This document shows positions 61,333-64,000 of a stretch of 64,000 nt of DNA, piece after piece. The stretch spans positions 384,001-448,000 of the forward strand of contig CAWEQH010000010.1 of the NCBI GenBank assembly GCA_963811165.1, given 5' to 3'. Each line of letters starts with the position of its first letter. Within the stretch, counting starts at the first letter, position 1. This DNA comes from an uncultured Nitrospiraceae bacterium (GTDB lineage Bacteria > Nitrospirota > Thermodesulfovibrionia > Thermodesulfovibrionales > UBA6898). Position numbers and translations under genes: made by a program. The notes beneath the pieces are model-generated. The model had not been told where the DNA came from. It did not search any database and saw only the letters and a program-made list of their open reading frames with translations.

Positions 61333-62595
61333 TCATCCGATGCCGGAAATAAAATCGCCGATCCCGGCGATCTGTATCCGGCCCGTGGCCGAATCCGAGA
61401 GTCTCTTCCATCCCACAACCCCGGACTGTATTTCATCGTCGCCTATGACAATCACATACCTGGAGGAAAGCCTGTCGGCCCTCCTCATCTGGCTCTTTAA
61501 AGAAGAGGTCCCGTCACCGAGTTCCACCCAGATGCCCTTTTCCCGGAGACCGTCGGCAATATGCACTCCCTCTTTGCCGGCACGCTCGCCAACGGCCGCG
61601 ATGAAGACTTCAGGGGCCGGAAGGTCATATTTTACCGACGTCTTCAACAACTCCACGATCCTCTCCATCCCCAGTGCAAAGCCGATCGCCGGGGTTTCGG
61701 GGCCGCCGAACTCCTTTACGAGCCTGTCATATCTTCCGCCGGCCGCAACAGCGTTTTGGGCGCCGAGGTTTTCGCTAGTGACCTCGAATGTCGTGCGGGT
61801 ATAATAATCGAGACCTCTGACCATCTCGGGGTTGACCGAATGGGGAATGCCGAGCATTGCGAGGATGGCGAGGAGCCTTTCGAAATGAATCCGGCAGTCC
61901 TCGCAGAGATGGTCGACCACCCTGGGAGCGCCCTTTCTTAGCTCCTTGCACCGATCGACTTTGCAGTCGAGAATCCTGAGAGGATTCTGCTCATACCTCC
62001 TCCGGCAATCGGGACAAAGCTCATCCAGGCTACCGGCAAAATATGCCAGGAGCGCATCTTTGAACGCCGGCCTGCAATTTTCGCATCCGATTGAATTGAC
62101 CTGGAAATGAAGCGTCTGCAGGCCGATACCCCTGAGCAGGCGGCTGAGCATCGAGATAACCTCGGCATCCATCTCAGCGCGGGCAGAGCCGAATGCCTCT
62201 ACCCCTATCTGGTAGAATTGCCTGAACCTGCCGGACTGCGGCCTTTCATACCGAAACATCGGTCCCAGGTAATAGAACTTCTGTGGCGACGGCAGGTTAT
62301 AGAGATGGTTTTCGACATAGCATCGTACGACTGAAGCAGTACCCTCGGGCCTGAGTGTCACGCTACGACCTCCCTTGTCCTCGAAGGTATACATTTCCTT
62401 TTCGACTATATCGGTGTTCTCGCCTATACTTCGCGTAAATACCGATGTGGATTCGACTATCGGGGTCCTTATCTCAAGGAAGCCGTAAGACGCAAAAACT
62501 TCCCTCGCCTTCTTCTCGACGTCCTGCCATATATGTATATCCGGGGGCATGATGTCCTTCATGCCCTTCAGCGCCTGGTAGCGTCCAGAGCTCAC
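61333..62595 (-). CDS. hisS: Histidine-tRNA ligase
   Basis: LRPEGTA, FRYERPQ.GR.RQF, RGLDYY, GGRYD. Confidence 0.97.
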   Translation of the reverse strand: MSSGRYQALKGMKDIMPPDIHIWQDVEKKAREVFASYGFLEIRTPIVESTSVFTRSIGENTDIVEKEMYTFEDKGGRSVTLRPEGTASVVRCYVENHLYNLPSPQKFYYLGPMFRYERPQSGRFRQFYQIGVEAFGSARAEMDAEVISMLSRLLRGIGLQTLHFQVNSIGCENCRPAFKDALLAYFAGSLDELCPDCRRRYEQNPLRILDCKVDRCKELRKGAPRVVDHLCEDCRIHFERLLAILAMLGIPHSVNPEMVRGLDYYTRTTFEVTSENLGAQNAVAAGGRYDRLVKEFGGPETPAIGFALGMERIVELLKTSVKYDLPAPEVFIAAVGERAGKEGVHIADGLREKGIWVELGDGTSSLKSQMRRADRLSSRYVIVIGDDEIQSGVVGWKRLSDSATGRIQIAGIGDFISGIG

Positions 62596-63071
62596 TCGGC
62601 GACCTCTTCCCTGTTTTCTCCTTCTCTGTAGGAATCATGGTCGACCATCCTCGAATGGTTTTCGATGAGCCGCTTCAATTCCTCCTTAAAATGACGGCGT
62701 ATGCCTTTAAGGTCGACGATGTCTTCGTGGATCTTGATGACCTTTTCCTGGGCGTCTTTGATCAGTTCGTCCGCCTTGATCTCGGCCTCCTTGATCAGAA
62801 GCTCCGCCTCTTTTCTGGCGTTCGTCTTATAGTCCTCTACCATCTGCTGAGCGGTCATTAAGGTCTCACGCAGCGTCGTCTCCATGTCCTTGTATTCCTT
62901 GATATGGGTTGTGGCCCTCTGCACGTTTTCCTTCAGTGAAGCATTCTCCCGCAGGAGTTCCTCCATCTCCTCCCTGACCACCTCAAGAAATGCATATACC
63001 TCTTCCACGTCAAACCCTCTGAACTTCATCGGGAATTGCTTCTGCTGGATATCAAGCGGCGTGATTCTCAT
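62592..63071 (-). CDS. divIVA: DivIVA domain protein
   Basis: ITPLDI....F...FRG.D.EEV..FL plus coiled coil. Confidence 0.92.
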   Translation of the reverse strand: MRITPLDIQQKQFPMKFRGFDVEEVYAFLEVVREEMEELLRENASLKENVQRATTHIKEYKDMETTLRETLMTAQQMVEDYKTNARKEAELLIKEAEIKADELIKDAQEKVIKIHEDIVDLKGIRRHFKEELKRLIENHSRMVDHDSYREGENREEVAE

Positions 63072-63074
63072 ATG

Positions 63075-63380
63075 TTATCCTCCTCCAAAGTGCTGACCGA
63101 TTTTTATTACTGTCCTTACCAGAAATGACTGCAGGAATATAATAACAAGAATTACTACTATGGGAGAAATATCTATAGGCCCCAGCCGGTACCCGATGAG
63201 ACGACGGATAGGCCTGAACACCGGTTCAGTGACCGCATGGAGAAACCGTATAATGGGGTTATACGGGTCCGGGTTTACCCAGCTGATAAGCGCAGCGATA
63301 ATGACAATCCATTTATACAGCCCAAGGAGATAGTCAAGGATTGTTGCGACGGATATGAGCAAGTCGCCGAATACGAACAT
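63075..63380 (-). CDS. yggT: YggT family membrane protein
   Basis: SWVNPDPYNP, TEP, IDISP. Confidence 0.93.
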   Translation of the reverse strand: MFVFGDLLISVATILDYLLGLYKWIVIIAALISWVNPDPYNPIIRFLHAVTEPVFRPIRRLIGYRLGPIDISPIVVILVIIFLQSFLVRTVIKIGQHFGGG

Positions 63381-64000
63381 CAGTCCCTCCTCCCGAGTTC
63401 CTCGGCCCTCTTCTTTGCCGCAAGGAGGGCGTCGTTTACCGTTGCCCTAAAAGACCTTCCTTCAAACACCCTAAGCCCGGCCTCGGTCGTCCCTCCCGGC
63501 GACGTAACCATTATCCTCAGCCGCTCAGGCGGCATGCCGGTATCGAGGAGCTTTGAGGTGCCAAGCAGGGTCTGCACCGCGAGTTCTGCCGCATCCGATG
63601 CGGAAAGTCCCATCTTTTGCCCGCTTTCGATCATCGCCTCAGCGAACAGGGCAATAAATGCCGGCCCGCTTCCTGACAGGGCGGTTACGGCATTCATCAT
63701 CTCCTCAGGCAGTGTAAGGACCTTCCCTATGGACATCAGGATGCTCCTGACCACATTAAGTTCAGGACCGTAGGAACATCCGCAGAGCGACATTACCGAC
63801 ATCCCTTCAAGCACCAGCGCCGGAGTGTTGGGCATTACCCTTATCAACCTCTTCGTCCCGAGTCTCGACCCCAGATAGGAAAGGGTAATTCCCGCCGCGA
63901 TCGAAACGACTGTTTTTTGGCCGGTGACAGAGGGGGCGATCTCATTCAGCACAGAATCCATATTCTGGGGCTTTACCGCAAGTAATATGATTTCGCAGGA
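63380..64000 (-). CDS. proC: Pyrroline-5-carboxylate reductase (5' end outside window)
   Basis: AVKPQ, SIAAG, RVMPNTP, SGSGPA, VTSPGGTT. Confidence 0.95.
   Translation of the reverse strand, partial: SCEIILLAVKPQNMDSVLNEIAPSVTGQKTVVSIAAGITLSYLGSRLGTKRLIRVMPNTPALVLEGMSVMSLCGCSYGPELNVVRSILMSIGKVLTLPEEMMNAVTALSGSGPAFIALFAEAMIESGQKMGLSASDAAELAVQTLLGTSKLLDTGMPPERLRIMVTSPGGTTEAGLRVFEGRSFRATVNDALLAAKKRAEELGRRD

Overview
Gene-dense core chromosome of an anaerobic bacterium. Gene content and order suggest Nitrospirota (Thermodesulfovibrionia-like); this is an inference. The centrepiece (about 6.2-25.5 kb) is an energy and carbon-fixation region containing: (1) a Wood-Ljungdahl acsE-acsD-acsC-acsB-cooS operon; (2) NfnAB transhydrogenase; (3) a DUF3786 gene; (4) an octaheme HAO-family cytochrome c; and (5) an unusual four-gene HydABC/NuoEFG-like operon. 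In that operon the flavoprotein has bifurcation-type signatures plus a fused CBS pair, an extra stand-alone copy of the flavoprotein's Fe-S arm is encoded, and the large subunit has no recognisable catalytic site. The rest is housekeeping: recD2, udg, nadK, tsaE, scpA, xerD, pilD, recG, nusA, rimP, amiC, hemE, hflX, glyQS, rplM-rpsI, argCJ, cooC, apgM, tatD-radical SAM, hisS, divIVA, yggT and proC. Five genes carry single-base frameshifts; four look like consensus artefacts in which both alleles of a synonymous SNP were written. Two tiny gene remnants, a probable AUA start for hflX and several unexplained repeats or palindromes were also seen. I found no rRNA, tRNA, CRISPR array or intact mobile element.
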